The notes under the pieces are model-generated. The model was given only the letters and a program-made list of their open reading frames with translations, did no database searches and was not told where the DNA came from. From contig JAUZTB010000077.1 in the NCBI GenBank assembly GCA_034780895.1, positions 11,585,094 through 11,649,093 on the forward strand: 64,000 nucleotides of DNA. The letters are read 5' to 3'. This DNA comes from Rhynchobatus australiae. Taxonomy: Eukaryota. Below are positions 1 through 13,309 of the stretch, one piece after another. Numbering within the stretch: position 1 is the stretch's first letter; every line of letters begins with the position of its first letter. The translations under genes were made by a program, and so were the position numbers.

Positions 1-392
1 AAATTGCTTAGTATCTGTCTAGGCTGTATAACATTTCAGTAGGAAACTGTTGCATTAAGTCAAGTACATATTTCTTTGCTTATTGAAGGAAGTAACAATG
101 GTCTCCACACAGTTTTGCTGTAATACATGTAATAATATTATTCCGCTGTCTGTACTCTGTCTTCTACTATTCCTTCACCTTTTTTGATTTCCGCCTGCTC
201 CGTAACGAAGTCTGCACATTTCAAGCTGAGGAATGCAGACAGGCCTCCTGAATGTTAATCTGATAACTACTGACATTTAACCCACTTAGATTGACACTGG
301 GAGCTCTGTGCCATGTCAAGAAATTGTCACGGCTTATCATTTTTCACGTTGTTTATAAATTGCAATGTGGTCCATGTATTTCTGAATTACAG

Positions 393-930
393 ATAAACCA
401 CTGGAAAAATCTGGGCAGATTTCAGCCTCTGTAGCCAATACTGCCTCAAGGCATCATGCTGTTATAACCCAATATCTGAAGCTATCTACTCTGGTACAAC
501 TTAATTCAGCAACTCTTCGCACTAAGTGGGATCTGGAAAGTAGGTTAAAAATGGAAGCAAACTATCAGAGGAAATCCAGAAGAATTTATTGGACAGAACT
601 TGCTAGGAAATGCTGGCAGTACCATACCAAACGCTTGGCATTTACTTCTGGAGGTATCAGGAATTTTGGAGGTCCTGCAAAAATACAGAAGTCCCAAACC
701 TGCTGGCAATTTCGTACTTGCACTCTGACATGGGATATCGCATGGAACCCAGCAATGAAGCATATACATGGTGCAAATTCCTCCCAGTTAAATTGCCCAA
801 TAAACCCTGGTGCAAGAACTTTTGAAAAGCTGAACCTTTTACAACAGTACATACTGCATGCATTCTGCCTCCACTCACAAGCTACTGGATTGACCTCCAA
901 CTGGACCCTTTAAATTCCACTTACTGATAA
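393..930 (+). mobile_element. Possible decayed L1-clade LINE ORF2 C-terminal fragment
   Basis: One frame is stop-free from 386 to 913. It reads KWDLES..YQRKSRRIYWT..CWQY, then in a shifted frame LGIYFW..EFW, then FEKL and a final W. This echoes the order of fish L1 ORF2 C-terminal motifs (KWE.DL / KILHR.YWT / CW.C / H.FW.C..FW / EK). Similarity is weak and judged by eye. Confidence 0.3.
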
Positions 931-1454
931 ATATCTTAGGTTTTCCTTGATTTCACCTATTCATACTTTGTCATGCACCCTTGTAATTACTTCACGGCTG
1001 TATTAAAACATAACGTATACATATCCTCCAGAGAAACAGAAGGTTATTTACAAGGCAGCACAGGAACTACTTACATGTTGAGTCTCTAACCTATTGGTGC
1101 AACCTAAATTTTCCAGTCTGACAACTGTTTATTGCACAAAGCATGCACTACATGATTTTTCTGTCCAATCAAGATCACAATCATGTGTATATACTTGTAC
1201 ACACATATACAGAGGACAACATACTCAAGCCTCAAAATACATTTAAAGCTATTCAATCTGAATCATTAACACCACATTTCTTTCCACAGAAACAAAAAGG
1301 AGCCAACACAAAGGGTGTTGTGTAGGACCTAAATGGTCAGAAGGAGAGAGAAGGGCACAAATGCACTTGTTTTCTTCTTTCAAGAAATATCTAGACAGCA
1401 AAAATATGTGATTGTAACAGATCTCACATTACCTAGGAAAGCAGCAGAGTAGAG

Positions 1455-1530
1455 GTTATCGAATGTGCAGATATCTAGAATGTTTTGTTTTTATTTCAGA
1501 TTTTCAGCATCTACAGCTTTTTTGATTTTC
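1455..1530 (+). mobile_element. Penelope-like element terminal-repeat remnant
   Basis: TTTTATTTCAGATTTTCAGCATCTACAG resembles the pLTR 3' ends at about 40795-40820 and 56087-56105. Confidence 0.5.
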
Positions 1531-1534
1531 AATG

Positions 1535-1574
1535 ATTTAGAACATAGAATATTACAGCACAGTCCAGGCCCTTC
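1535..1574 (-). mobile_element. CR1 LINE 3' tail running into a gap
   Basis: TAGAACATAGAATATTACAGCACAGTCCAGGCCCTTC is the reverse-complement CR1 tail, also seen at 43410-43450. Confidence 0.55.
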
Positions 1575-3766
1575 NNNNNNNNNNNNNNNNNNNNNNNNNN
1601 NNNNNNNNNNNNNNNNNNNNNNNNNNNNNNNNNNNNNNNNNNNNNNNNNNNNNNNNNNNNNNNNNNNNNNNNNNNNNNNNNNNNNNNNNNNNNNNNNNNN
1701 NNNNNNNNNNNNNNNNNNNNNNNNNNNNNNNNNNNNNNNNNNNNNNNNNNNNNNNNNNNNNNNNNNNNNNNNNNNNNNNNNNNNNNNNNNNNNNNNNNNN
1801 NNNNNNNNNNNNNNNNNNNNNNNNNNNNNNNNNNNNNNNNNNNNNNNNNNNNNNNNNNNNNNNNNNNNNNNNNNNNNNNNNNNNNNNNNNNNNNNNNNNN
1901 NNNNNNNNNNNNNNNNNNNNNNNNNNNNNNNNNNNNNNNNNNNNNNNNNNNNNNNNNNNNNNNNNNNNNNNNNNNNNNNNNNNNNNNNNNNNNNNNNNNN
2001 NNNNNNNNNNNNNNNNNNNNNNNNNNNNNNNNNNNNNNNNNNNNNNNNNNNNNNNNNNNNNNNNNNNNNNNNNNNNNNNNNNNNNNNNNNNNNNNNNNNN
2101 NNNNNNNNNNNNNNNNNNNNNNNNNNNNNNNNNNNNNNNNNNNNNNNNNNNNNNNNNNNNNNNNNNNNNNNNNNNNNNNNNNNNNNNNNNNNNNNNNNNN
2201 NNNNNNNNNNNNNNNNNNNNNNNNNNNNNNNNNNNNNNNNNNNNNNNNNNNNNNNNNNNNNNNNNNNNNNNNNNNNNNNNNNNNNNNNNNNNNNNNNNNN
2301 NNNNNNNNNNNNNNNNNNNNNNNNNNNNNNNNNNNNNNNNNNNNNNNNNNNNNNNNNNTCATAATACTTCTTCCTGAACTGCCTTTATTTCTTGGGATGT
2401 TTCTCCTGACTGTCAACCAGTTCCTCCTCCTGTCAAGCTTGGTTGGTATTGCCCCAGTTGTCCTTCATGCGTCTAGCACAAAGGACCTTGATTCAGTAGC
2501 TGAACCTTCCATAGATATTTCAAAGTCCTTGTTGGGGGACTTGAAAACACAGTCCCTCCGCACTCCTGCCTCTCTGTTTGTCATTTTTCCAGCAAGAACA
2601 ACTTTTGCAAGTTGTAGCAAAGGCGGGTGTGTGGTGTGCAGGTCCCTTTAAGGTCTTGAACTCACAATTGCCTGGCTAAATGTTGGCAGCTGCACAACAG
2701 TGTGTTTCTTTTCAGTGTTAGCACGTGCTGGTCTATTAAAGGCAAGTGCCGGTGCTGTTGCATAAGGTTCACAAGATGCAGGCCCTTGTCATGTTGGATT
2801 GAGACGACTCTCTTAGCAAGTTCACGATCACAGGTCCGCAAAGGACAAGCCCTGCATTACTCTGTGTGCTAGTGGTGAGCAGGGTTGGCTTATAGGTGGC
2901 AGCCTGTTCTGGCTCGATGTTTTCAATTTTTACACAAATATGATATAAATTAATAACTAATTAGAATATTAAGTAAACATTTCTCAAGTTCCATTCAAAA
3001 TACTGATTATATCACTTATCTGTTGACAAAATTCTTGTTCAGCTCCTCAGAAGATTTTGCTACATTAAATGTGGTCTATAAATCTAAACTGTTGTTGTTT
3101 TTAAGATACAATCACGAGACTAGTTCATGAAAAGGCCTTTCCACTTGCCAGTTTGATTTAGCTGAAGGCCACATTCTGAAAAGTTGTTTTTCCAATTCCT
3201 TCTCACTGCTCCATCAAACCTGAAACTTAACTCTTCTTAACTGGATCTTGTTTTATACTTATATTTTTTCATTGTTGTAAATGGCTTTACAATCTAAGTG
3301 AAAAGTAACTGTGACCTTTGTTATGTCTACCTTGTTACTTCCTGAACAGTTAAGTCTCTGTGTCAATGTTGCAAGGACTACACAAAGAACATTTATTATC
3401 CAACTATTATAGTAAAGTGATTTTTTTCTAAATTGTTTTGTAGATAAGTAACAACCAAGGTCTTAAAATTATCCTATGATATCAGACAAATAATTTTTAA
3501 TCTTCATTTTTCACCCTTTTCCATGCCCATTACATGATCATGATAACAATGCCTGTGCGTAGTAACACTGTAAGGGAAGTTTCCCTTTGTGCAATACGTA
3601 AGAAAGACTGACTTATTTATAAACTAATTTACCATTTCTCTGCACAGAGTGCAGAAAGGAAACCTTGTACTACAACATTGTATTTGTTCTCTGCACATAC
3701 GTGTCATCAGTTATTAATTAATTAGGATATTGAGTAAACAGGGGGCAGTATATTGAAGCAGCATGG

Positions 3767-4250
3767 TGCTGTGGCTCATAGAACTGCTGCCTCACATCTC
3801 CAGTGACTTGGGTTTGATCTTGACCTCAGGTGCTGCCTTGCGGAGTTTGCATGTTCTCCCCATGACTGCATTGATTTCCTCTGGGTGCTCTGGTTTCCTC
3901 CCACGTCTCAAAGACGATCAGGTTGGTAGGCTAAACTGGCCACTGTAACTTGCTCATTGTGTATAGGGGAGTGGTGGAATCCAGGGAGATTAATGGGAAT
4001 GTGNNNNNNNNNNNNNNNNNNNNNNNNNNNNNNNNNNNNNNNNNNNNNNNNNNNNNNNNNNNNNNNNNNNNNNNNNNNNNNNNNNNNNNNNNNNNNNNNN
4101 NNNCATTGTGTATAGGGGAGTGGTGGAATCCAGGGAGATTAATGGGAATGTGGGAAGAATAAAATGGGATTAGAGTAAATGGTTGCTTGATAGTTGGCAG
4201 GGACACGGTGGCTGAACGTACTGTTTCATGCTATATCTCTCTATGACTCT
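3767..4250 (+). mobile_element. tRNA-derived V-SINE (HE1-like) with CR1-type tail
   Basis: tRNA-like head (GCTGCCTCACA...GGGTTTGATCTTGACC), V-domain GGAGTTTGCATGTTCTCCCC...CTCTGGTTTCCTCCCAC, and tail CTGTTTCATGCTATATCTCTCTATGACTCT. Interrupted by a gap of about 100 N. Confidence 0.85.
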
Positions 4251-4789
4251 ATGGCATCAACTAAAGTCTCACATTGCGGAAACATTTCCAGCGATAGGTT
4301 AAAAATAATCTTGCTTTCATGCACCGTAACTTGTATTGATTGTCACAGAGTGCTCAACATTTTCTGCTTATTATTACTACATTCATGTGTTATATATAAT
4401 TCTCAAGGCCAAATCTTATATGACACTTCACTATTGAAATATCAGATAAGAATGTGTTGTCAAGACTGTTAATAAATATGAAGAGTTGAAATCCCTGGAC
4501 AGATTTTTATCAGAACTCCACTACCAATCTGTTTCTGCCAAATTGGTAGGTGTGGCATTAACTTCACCAAGGTGCACATCTTCTGCAAGTGTCTTGAGAG
4601 GCAAAATGCAGATAAGAGATTCATAAAGGACAAGTCTGTTATTACTCTGCATCTCAGCCTAGAAGTCAAATGAGATATTTCTTTCACCCATGAAAACCGA
4701 GTAAGGAGCTCATCAGGAGGAGATGACAGGGCACATAGGTCATCAGACCATTTTGGAGGGAGAAAATAGTTTTTTAAAATATTTATTTT

Positions 4790-5030
4790 CTGGTATCACT
4801 GGCAGTCAGCCTTTTTTGCCCATTCCTAATTGCCCTTGAGAAGGTGATGGTGAAACATCATCTTAAGTCACTGCCATGCTCCCACCAAGTGGTTTGATAT
4901 GGAGTTCCAGGATTTAGACTCAGTAACAACGAAAGACCCATCTTATACATTTCCAAGTCAGAATGGTGTGAGTGTTGGAGGGGTGCTGGTTTTCCCATGC
5001 GCCAGAAACCTTGTTTTGGTTTGTTGTAGA
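4790..5030 (-). mobile_element. 3' end of a second CR1-superfamily LINE lineage (GGGCAATAAA-type tail)
   Basis: TTGCCCATTCCTAATTGCCCTTGAGAAGGTGATGGTG matches the reverse complement of the tail at 62370-62410. Confidence 0.65.
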
Positions 5031-7382
5031 NNNNNNNNNNNTATGAGAGATGGGTGCCAGTCAAGCAGGCTAATTTATCCTGAATGGTATTATTTTCTTC
5101 AAAATGCATTTTTTAAAATGTATTATGCTGAAAGAAACAGTGATATGCCATTGAATTTCCAGGCACATATAAAAAGAATGATAAACTTGTATTTGTTCCA
5201 AATTATGAATTTCATTAGGTTTTTAAGGAAGGTGAGAGTTTAAGTGGGGAAATGTTTGAAACCACCCTTGAGTGTTGGGTTGAATACTTCCTGACAGATG
5301 TTAGGCTCCCAAGTAAATTGACTTTAGCCTCACTCAAGCCAATTATTACTGCAAATCTGTAGCAGAGTGCTACAAATAACTTGGCACAAAACTGAAAATA
5401 TAACATAAAAAGGCTATAAGAGAACCTTAAGTACACAATGGAAATGCAATATAGGTCCAGTAGGCACATATTTTGAAACACCAAAAAGAGACCTTCACTC
5501 TGCCTCTAGCCCAAACCACGTGTGACCTGAGAGTGTTTGATGTTGACTGGATGTTGAAAATGAATCAATCCACAGTACCTAAATCTCGAAGAAAACAAAA
5601 TCTCATAAATAAGGAGCATTTTTGAACAAATTTGTTTGAACTTGATCTTTCATTGTTTTGATTTTTTATTTTGAAAATCCATACCAATTTGCTTCAATAT
5701 AGAGTGTCACGGTATTAATGTTGTAAATAGTGGCTATTGGAAACTCAATCAATAACATTCTCTCTATAATACATATGGTTCACAGAGAAAATGCCTCTCT
5801 ATGATTATGCTACTCCAGAGGCTAGAATTATAGCCTGTAACTTATATCCAAGTCACGTTTAATATTTGTCAGTTTGTTGTTACTTAAGTTTTATTTCCTT
5901 TCAAAATTTAAATTATGTGCTTCCAATAAGTGCAACATTACAGAGGAAACTGGCTCCATTTTCCTGTGTGATTTCTGTCATCTAAATGTCAGAAGAATCA
6001 GAAATTGAAAGCATTTAATAACACACTGTGCGCTAGCCCTTATAAACTGGAGACAGCAGGAAACCCATTGTTATACCTATGAGATATAATAAAAAATGAT
6101 TCACCTACTTAAGCAAAATTTTAACTAAGATCACTGTTACCAACCCAGGAGTGCTGATAAGGGCTGTACAGAGTTTGCAGGGTGAATGGAATGGGGCGAG
6201 AGTGTTGCACTCAGGTAAACAGGCAAGAACCTGGCATCACGTTACAAAAAATGCCTTTTTAAAAGCTATTCCATTTGGTCATGGGTTCATTATTCAGGCA
6301 TACCTATGACTACGGTACAAAGATCAAACACACTCCAAATTGTTAAGGTTCATAAGGAGAATACATTCTTATTCAAAGTATATTTCATAAAGATCTGACT
6401 ATAAAGTTAATATGACCAGGATTTCCATCTTACTATTCACTATTGTCTAAATACAGATTTTACTTTTGTTCTTTTGGGTGAGGAACATCCTTCTAATCAG
6501 TCCAACTGATATAAATTCAAGACATTTAGAGAAATTGTTTTATTTCCATGAACATGCTCAAAGTTACACTCCTGCCTGGAATCCAAGAATTGTTCATTTA
6601 CCTTCTTCATGTTTATCTGTAATTGAAAAGTGTCTTCATTTTACAGATTGGGATTAGAATCATCAAGAAACATGCAGGCACTCAGTCCAGGTTCAGTGCG
6701 ATTGATACTAGAGTGTGACTGGAATGCTGGAGATACCGTTCATAAGAACAAACCCAAAGTATGTTCTCCTGGTTCTAATGGGAAAATCCACAGCACTGAG
6801 GAGCAGTTGGGAAATCTCCAATGAACCCCTGCTTTTCAAACCTGGGGAGATGGGATGTGCTACTCCCACCATCCCACCTCCCCTACTAAAGGGTTAAGGT
6901 GTAAGATTGCAAGCAGAGAGACAATGGACCCCCTTATGCTTGTTGTTCTCTTCTCCTGAGATTCGTAGTTTCACTGGTATCTCCAACTTGGATTTGGCCC
7001 ATGCTCTTCATTGCCCAACTCCATCTGCTCTTATCCACCCCAGACTAGGGTTATGTTGGAGGATTCGGGATAAATATCCAGTTTCCCATGTTGTTGAAAG
7101 AGCAGTCACGCTCAGCATCATGAGAAGGACTTAACCCTATCCCCAGAACTACCGCCCACTTATTGTTTATAAAAAAATGCCACAGGGGAAGCTCTCAATT
7201 GCCTCTTCTCAGTGGCCAAAGGGGTCTCCAGAGTTGCATTGTGGATTCTTCTCATCAAAAGTCACAATGGACATGATCTTCACTGTGTAACAAATCCAGG
7301 AAAACTACTGGGAGCATCATCAACTACTGAACATGAACNNNNNNNNNNNNNNNNNNNNNNNNNNNNNNNNNNNNNNNNNNNN

Positions 7383-8215
7383 ATTATGGAGGACCACTCT
7401 CAATCTTACTTGTTTCAATACTTTATCTCATGGCCAACAAGCTTCCCATTGAAGTTAAGTTAATTTACCAGATTAGTAGTTTTCCTTGCTTTGGCTCCAG
7501 AATAAAGATGACTCTAATCTCAGCATTCATATTACAGTACTCAGATTTTTTATCCCTTCAGCAAAGTGTATGATGGAATGGGCTGTACATTAAATCCATG
7601 GAGGATGAAGGTCCTTGACCAGCCTGACCCCTCCACACCACATAGCTTCCCCAGAATTAAAATCCATGACGAGATCCAGCTCCACAAGGACCACTTTCCC
7701 ATATGTCGGGACCCACCTCCCGGCGAGGACAGATGCCGACAAAATCCATCACAACATCCAGTCTGCCAGCTCAGCTTTCAGTCCCCTGAGGATAGTAGAG
7801 GACCAAGACCTCAAATTCAAGCACCATTCTCATGATCAATGGAGCAGCAGTGATCCCCTTCTGTCTGAAACATGGACAACTTACAGCAGGCAATTCAAAG
7901 CTTTGGAAGACCTCTGCCAATGTTACCCTTGCAGAATTCTCTAAAGCTACAGATAGGCTAGGCAGTGGTAATGTCCCCTCCCTGGTCAGCACCCCAGCAC
8001 AGAGGTTCTGTCACACACAGCTCACTCCAATGAGCAGGCCACGTCATCCATCAGACTCTCAGAACTCACTTCTGTCACTGCAAGCTATTTCCAGGAGGGA
8101 AGAGAAACTATTTCAAGGATGTTCTTGAAGCCTCCTTGGAAAAAAATATAACACGCATACTGATTTATGGAAATCCCTGGCCCAAGACCACTCAATTTAT
8201 CAGAGAGGTATTTAG
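7383..8215 (+). mobile_element. Decayed RTE-clade LINE (RT C-terminal half)
   Basis: Frameshifted motifs occur in the expected order: LQYSD (degenerate YADD), DHF/PYVGTHL...KIHHNIQSASSAFSPLR, FKDVLEASLEK, WKSLAQD. These match RTE ORF motifs. Confidence 0.8.
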
Positions 8216-8282
8216 GAGGGCAGTGAGCACCAACTCTCCTCCAGTGGGCCAACAGTGGTCAAAATGCAGTAGATAAGGTGTC

Positions 8283-8367
8283 TTTATTAGTTACATATAC
8301 ATGGAAACACACAGTGAAATGCATCTTTTTGCGTAGAGTGTTCTGTGGGCAGCCCACAAGTGTCGCC
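8283..8367 (-). mobile_element. 3' end of a batoid-type SINE at a gap edge
   Basis: TTTATTAGTTACATATACATGGAAACACACAGTGAAATGCATC resembles a reversed Rex1/Babar-type tail carried by ray SINEs (recalled consensus). The rest lies in the gap. Confidence 0.45.
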
Positions 8368-10129
8368 NNNNNNNNNNNNNNNNNNNNNNNNNNNNNNNNN
8401 NNNNNNNNNNNNNNNNNNNNNNNNNNNNNNNNNNNNNNNNNNNNNNNNNNNNNNNNNNNNNNNNNNNNNNNNNNNNNNNNNNNNNNNNNNNNNNNNNNNN
8501 NNNNNNNNNNNNNNNNNNNNNNNNNNNNNNNNNNNNNNNNNNNNNNNNNNNNNNNNNNNNNNNNNNNNNNNNNNNNNNNNNNNNNNNNNNNNNNNNNNNN
8601 NNNNNNNNNNNNNNNNNNNNNNNNNNNNNNNNNNNNNNNNNNNNNNNNNNNNNNNNNNNNNNNNNNNNNNNNNNNNNNNNNNNNNNNNNNNNNNNNNNNN
8701 NNNNNNNNNNNNNNNNNNNNNNNNNNNNNNNNNNNNNNNNNNNNNNNNNNNNNNNNNNNNNNNNNNNNNNNNNNNNNNNNNNNNNNNNNNNNNNNNNNNN
8801 NNNNNNNNNNNNNNNNNNNNNNNNNNNNNNNNNNNNNNNNNNNNNNNNNNNNNNNNNNNNNNNNNNNNNNNNNNNNNNNNNNNNNNNNNNNNNNNNNNNN
8901 NNNNNNNNNNNNNNNNNNNNNNNNNNNNNNNNNNNNNNNNNNNNNNNNNNNNNNNNNNNNNNNNNNNNNNNNNNNNNNNNNNNNNNNNNNNNNNNNNNNN
9001 NNNNNNNNNNNNNNNNNNNNNNNNNNNNNNNNNNNNNNNNNNNNNNNNNNNNNNNNNNNNNNNNNNNNNNNNNNNNNNNNNNNNNNNNNNNNNNNNNNNN
9101 NNNNNNNNNNNNNNNNNNNNNNNNNNNNNNNNNNNNNNNNNNNNNNNNNNNNNNNNNNNNNNNNNNNNNNTCAAGACACAGAGCAGGACATTATTTCCCA
9201 TGCAGTGCTCCACTTGTAGCAATGGGGGAAATCTTGGACAACACTGTTCCAGGTATCAATACTGTTGATTTTCCCCATCCCAACATACCAGTGGACTGGG
9301 AACCATATCAGGTGAATCCCTCACCTACACTGCAATCTACAGAGAGGGGCGGGATATCACCTACCACCCCTCCAACATTCACATCGAAGGACAATGGTTC
9401 CTCTCTCACTGAAGAGCACCACAGAAGTCTCCCAATGGCTCTCTCACAACCATCAATACACAGTGTCCTCTGCCCACCAAAAACCACTGGACTTCAAAGG
9501 CCCTCACCACCTCTCCATACTCCCTACTGCAGCCACGGAACAGATTAGCCAGCAGCACGTTTTCCGGTAAGGATCCATGAAACTGATTTACAGCTGCACT
9601 CTATGATTGAAATGATGATTTGTAACTCACTGCAATTTCCACCTGGGCAACCCTCTCAGTACACCAGAATTTCTATGCCTATCTTTTTTTTTATTGAAAT
9701 CTACTTACACTGTTAATAAACACAGCAATGCTGTAATTGGTGATCCATGCATGGCCAACTGATCTGTAATTTGGAAGGCAAAAATGCAAGATGGTTTTCC
9801 ACCCCTGTACACCCATCAAGTGGTTATTCTTTAGAAATAAAGGAGCAGAGGTACTAACAGGAGGCTTATTTTTCTTTGAGTTCCACATTTTCCATCAATG
9901 GGTTTTGGGATATTTGGGCTCAGATAGAATTTTCAAGAGGAAATGAGGTAGGAGAGACACAGTCATGTCATCTACCTTATTTTTCCTGAGTCTTCAATTA
10001 ACAAAGATCCAAATGGACTGGTACCTGTAGTTAATGAAAATTACTGCTTGAAAATATTGCAAACCCAGTCCCAAATTCTTCTGCTGTAGGAAGAACAAAT
10101 GGCTTTGAGTTCAGTTAATGTCTGCCTGA

Positions 10130-10425
10130 CTTTTATTCAGAGAGTTAGGGTAAGACGTGCGCTGGGTGCTGTTACGTCATGCTGTACCACTCCCGACATT
10201 TGGCTCAGTGATGGTGGTGGACAGTTAAACAACCAACAGGTGGAGGAGGTTCCAAAATCANNNNNNNNNNNNNNNNNNNNNNNNNNNNNNNNNNNNNNNN
10301 NNNNNNNNNNNNNNNNGACAAGTTCAGCCAGAAATGCCAAGCACAGGTAGTGCTCATCAGGGTGATGAGCCTGGTTAATCCACCCCAGCTACTCCTGCTC
10401 CTACGTCTTATGTTCATATGTTCCT
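10130..10425 (+). mobile_element. Divergent CR1 3' end
   Basis: Ends in CTACTCCTGCTCCTACGTCTTATGTTCATATGTTCC, a CR1-type tail similar to 32352-32382. Confidence 0.5.
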
Positions 10426-13309
10426 TTTCATATGCCTTCCACTTTCCTTTATTTTAATTTGCTGCTGAAATCTATAATGTTTCCCTGGTACTTTACATTT
10501 TCATAAATTGGTGAGCAAAATTTTGGGACAATTAAAAATGTTACTATGCCAGAACGCTGTCATTTATAGATGCTTGCAGACTACTGCCAGGGCACCTGCA
10601 ACCTATCTAACCCATAAGGCACTGTACTAAAAATGGAAACCAAGGTCACCACAGTTCTCCATGTTTATGCCTCTAGATTATTCCAATCCAATTTCGTTGT
10701 ATTATCTAATGTGCTGGCCAGCCCTTCTGTCTCCTTGCCCACAGGAAAGCAACATGACCTTGAAAATGTACAATGGAGATACTGATTTGATAATCGACGT
10801 TCCCATTAAGCAAGAGTCAATGAAAAGTTACACTCAAATGTGAATGGCAAAGCAATACCTATTAAAGTTCATAATGAATCAGCTTGTCTGACATTCTTAT
10901 TTTGTTTGGAACTATTTGCGCACATTTGAGAAACAAATGCACACTTCCAAATGCAGCACCCAAGGGGATCTTATTACTATTTGTCGTGACATCCTAAATG
11001 CATTTAAAAAGTAAGTGTTAACAATGTTGTTACCCATGGTGACCAGTGCAGATCTTCCTCATGATTTATTAAAGTTCCCTTGGCAAACTGGGAAGTTTAA
11101 ACTTAATGAACTTTTTCCTTACGTTAATTACTGTTTAAATATTTCTTGAAAGCATGAAACACTGTGTGTTTGTTAGATAAGACAGTTATTAGTGAGTGTT
11201 TCTACTGAGATTTATCATTCAATCCAACATTCTGTTAATGTGGGCAGTTCTTGCATTCTACACTGAATCATATTTACGGCCACCATCTAATTTCATGTCA
11301 TGAAAGGGGGTCATTATCGTACACCAGGAGCTACTCAAAAACACAACATGAACCTCACATGATCGGAAAATGTTTAAGGAAATGCCTTTTATGTGGCTGG
11401 TATCAGTAGCCAGAAACTTAACAACCACAAATTCTTCAGTAGAAATGATTAAAGATCACATGTGTGACATTGAACATGGGTGTAGTTGCAAAACATCTCA
11501 TCAATTACCTGAAGTTCAATCCAGTTTACTTCAATCAAACCAAACATCAGGTGTGTTGAATGATGGGCAACAAATATGACACATCCAGTTAGAGGTTTCT
11601 GCCTATAAATATTCAATTTAATCACCCAAAGTTTTCAAACTAATCTTAAAAATAAATAATGTGCAATGGAAAATATATTCTGCACTAACTTTAAATCCTG
11701 TGTTTGAACAAAATGATGAACTGTTTGAATGTCATTGTTGGAGTAGTCAGCATCCTTAACTATATAATAACACCATCAATCAGCATTAGATGAATTAATC
11801 TCCAAGTAGCACATTCTAATGTTCATAAACAATTTTACATCCTGAATGATGCAAGAATCCTGAAAATACGTTTCACTTTAAACCTTGGTGGGAAAAGTTC
11901 TTTTTTTAGATTGTCCTGATTCATGGGTAATTGCACTGTGGGGTGTGGCTGAGTATTAAGTACTAGGAAGCTCCCAAGTTCAGTCCTAGTTTCCACGCAG
12001 TTTGTGTTATTGATGAGTATTGTGAAACAAAACAATTGGCCTTCGTGCCGGCAGAGGGGGGAATGTGCTAAATCAACCATGATTCTAGTTTGGCATTCAT
12101 TTAACCTCACCAAAATAATCGTGTGCTTATCTCAGGTGGCAGTAGGATTGTTATGTCCTCTTGCTCTCAGCATTTATGGTCCAAGCTCACACAAAAATAG
12201 TCACAGACAGGAACTGAGGAATTACCTGCATCAAAGTATAAATTGTGGCATTCAGGAAATGAGGGCAAGAAACTAAGAGGACAAAAGGGTTTGTTGTGAT
12301 ATAAGGTTCACTGTAGGTAAGTTTTTTGTCTGTAAAGTACATGCTTGTCCTTTGTGTTTTTACTGAATCCCCATATCATTCTTGAAAAGCATGCGATCTG
12401 ACCTGTCACAGAGGTTACCTTTTGATCATCTGTCTGTATCAGTCACCTCATCTAATTCTCAGCAGACCTTTGACTATTCATGAAGCTCTAAAACCTGCTG
12501 ACAGAGGCCAGCTGTTCACAGCTGTCGTGGTTGGTGTCCACATGTTGGTTTGGAAATAAAAGTGGAGGCAGAACAGATTACATAGATTTTCCAGAGAGCT
12601 CTGCTCTCGAACGGTTTTGGTGTTGCAAACCTTATCCTCCACAGGGTATACTGTTTTCTCTATAAAAGTCATCACCACATACCAACAATCATTACTAACC
12701 TACTGTGACTAGCAATCTACTTAGTAAACAAGTCACGTTTTTTGTTTGTTTTTAATTTTCTTCCCATTCTTTTATGTCTGCCTTTGCCACATTCCCACGC
12801 TGAGAACTACTGCTGATTCCACTGTTCACAGGATATCCATAGGTTTGAAGGGTGGCTTGAACTGACTTGCCTTGATGTTCCCTATTGTTGGAAAAAACAC
12901 AATCTCCTCAGAACCAATCTTGCAGACTCCTTTCTCTTTGTCAATTATCTGTAAATGTATTCTAAGCTTGAAGTGCAAGGAACACATTTTCTTTTTTTCC
13001 CCTGGCTGAACATTTCTTCCCCATTTTGCATGGGTACTTGTGACTACAATAGAGCTGGACAGAGGAAAATCAGGCTAAATTAATGGAAAAGTATCTAAAA
13101 AACTCTTGAAATCATGAAATGTAATGATGAAATAAAGTGTACATAATGCATCTTATGAATAAATGGCTGGTGAAATATTGTTTTGCTGTGGTCATTTCTT
13201 GTAACCGTTACCCCTGCAACCTGTGTTGACCATCACACCACTGGAGATTTGTCAATATTATTTATATTAGTTTACTTTTGATTCAATGTAAAATGGATTA
13301 ATGGTCTCA

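Noticed and set aside
2360-2930. GC-richer block with an 84-aa ORF next to a gap
   Set aside because: No recognisable motif on either strand and no splice signals. It is probably an unclassified repeat but I cannot support a call.
3767-3840. tRNA-like A/B box sequence
   Set aside because: It is the degenerate head of a V-SINE and continues into the V-domain. No cloverleaf is evident.
3955-4152. Direct repeats separated by a constant 100-nt spacer, here and at other gaps (CRISPR-like or LTR-like at a glance)
   Set aside because: The spacer is N, and each repeat is different and occurs only twice. This is an assembly overlap artifact in eukaryotic DNA.
10352-10370. Hairpin GCTCATCA-GGG-TGATGAGC containing TGATGA (C-box-like or hammerhead-like)
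   Set aside because: It lies within a CR1 3' end and has no matching D box or GAAA at a usable position.
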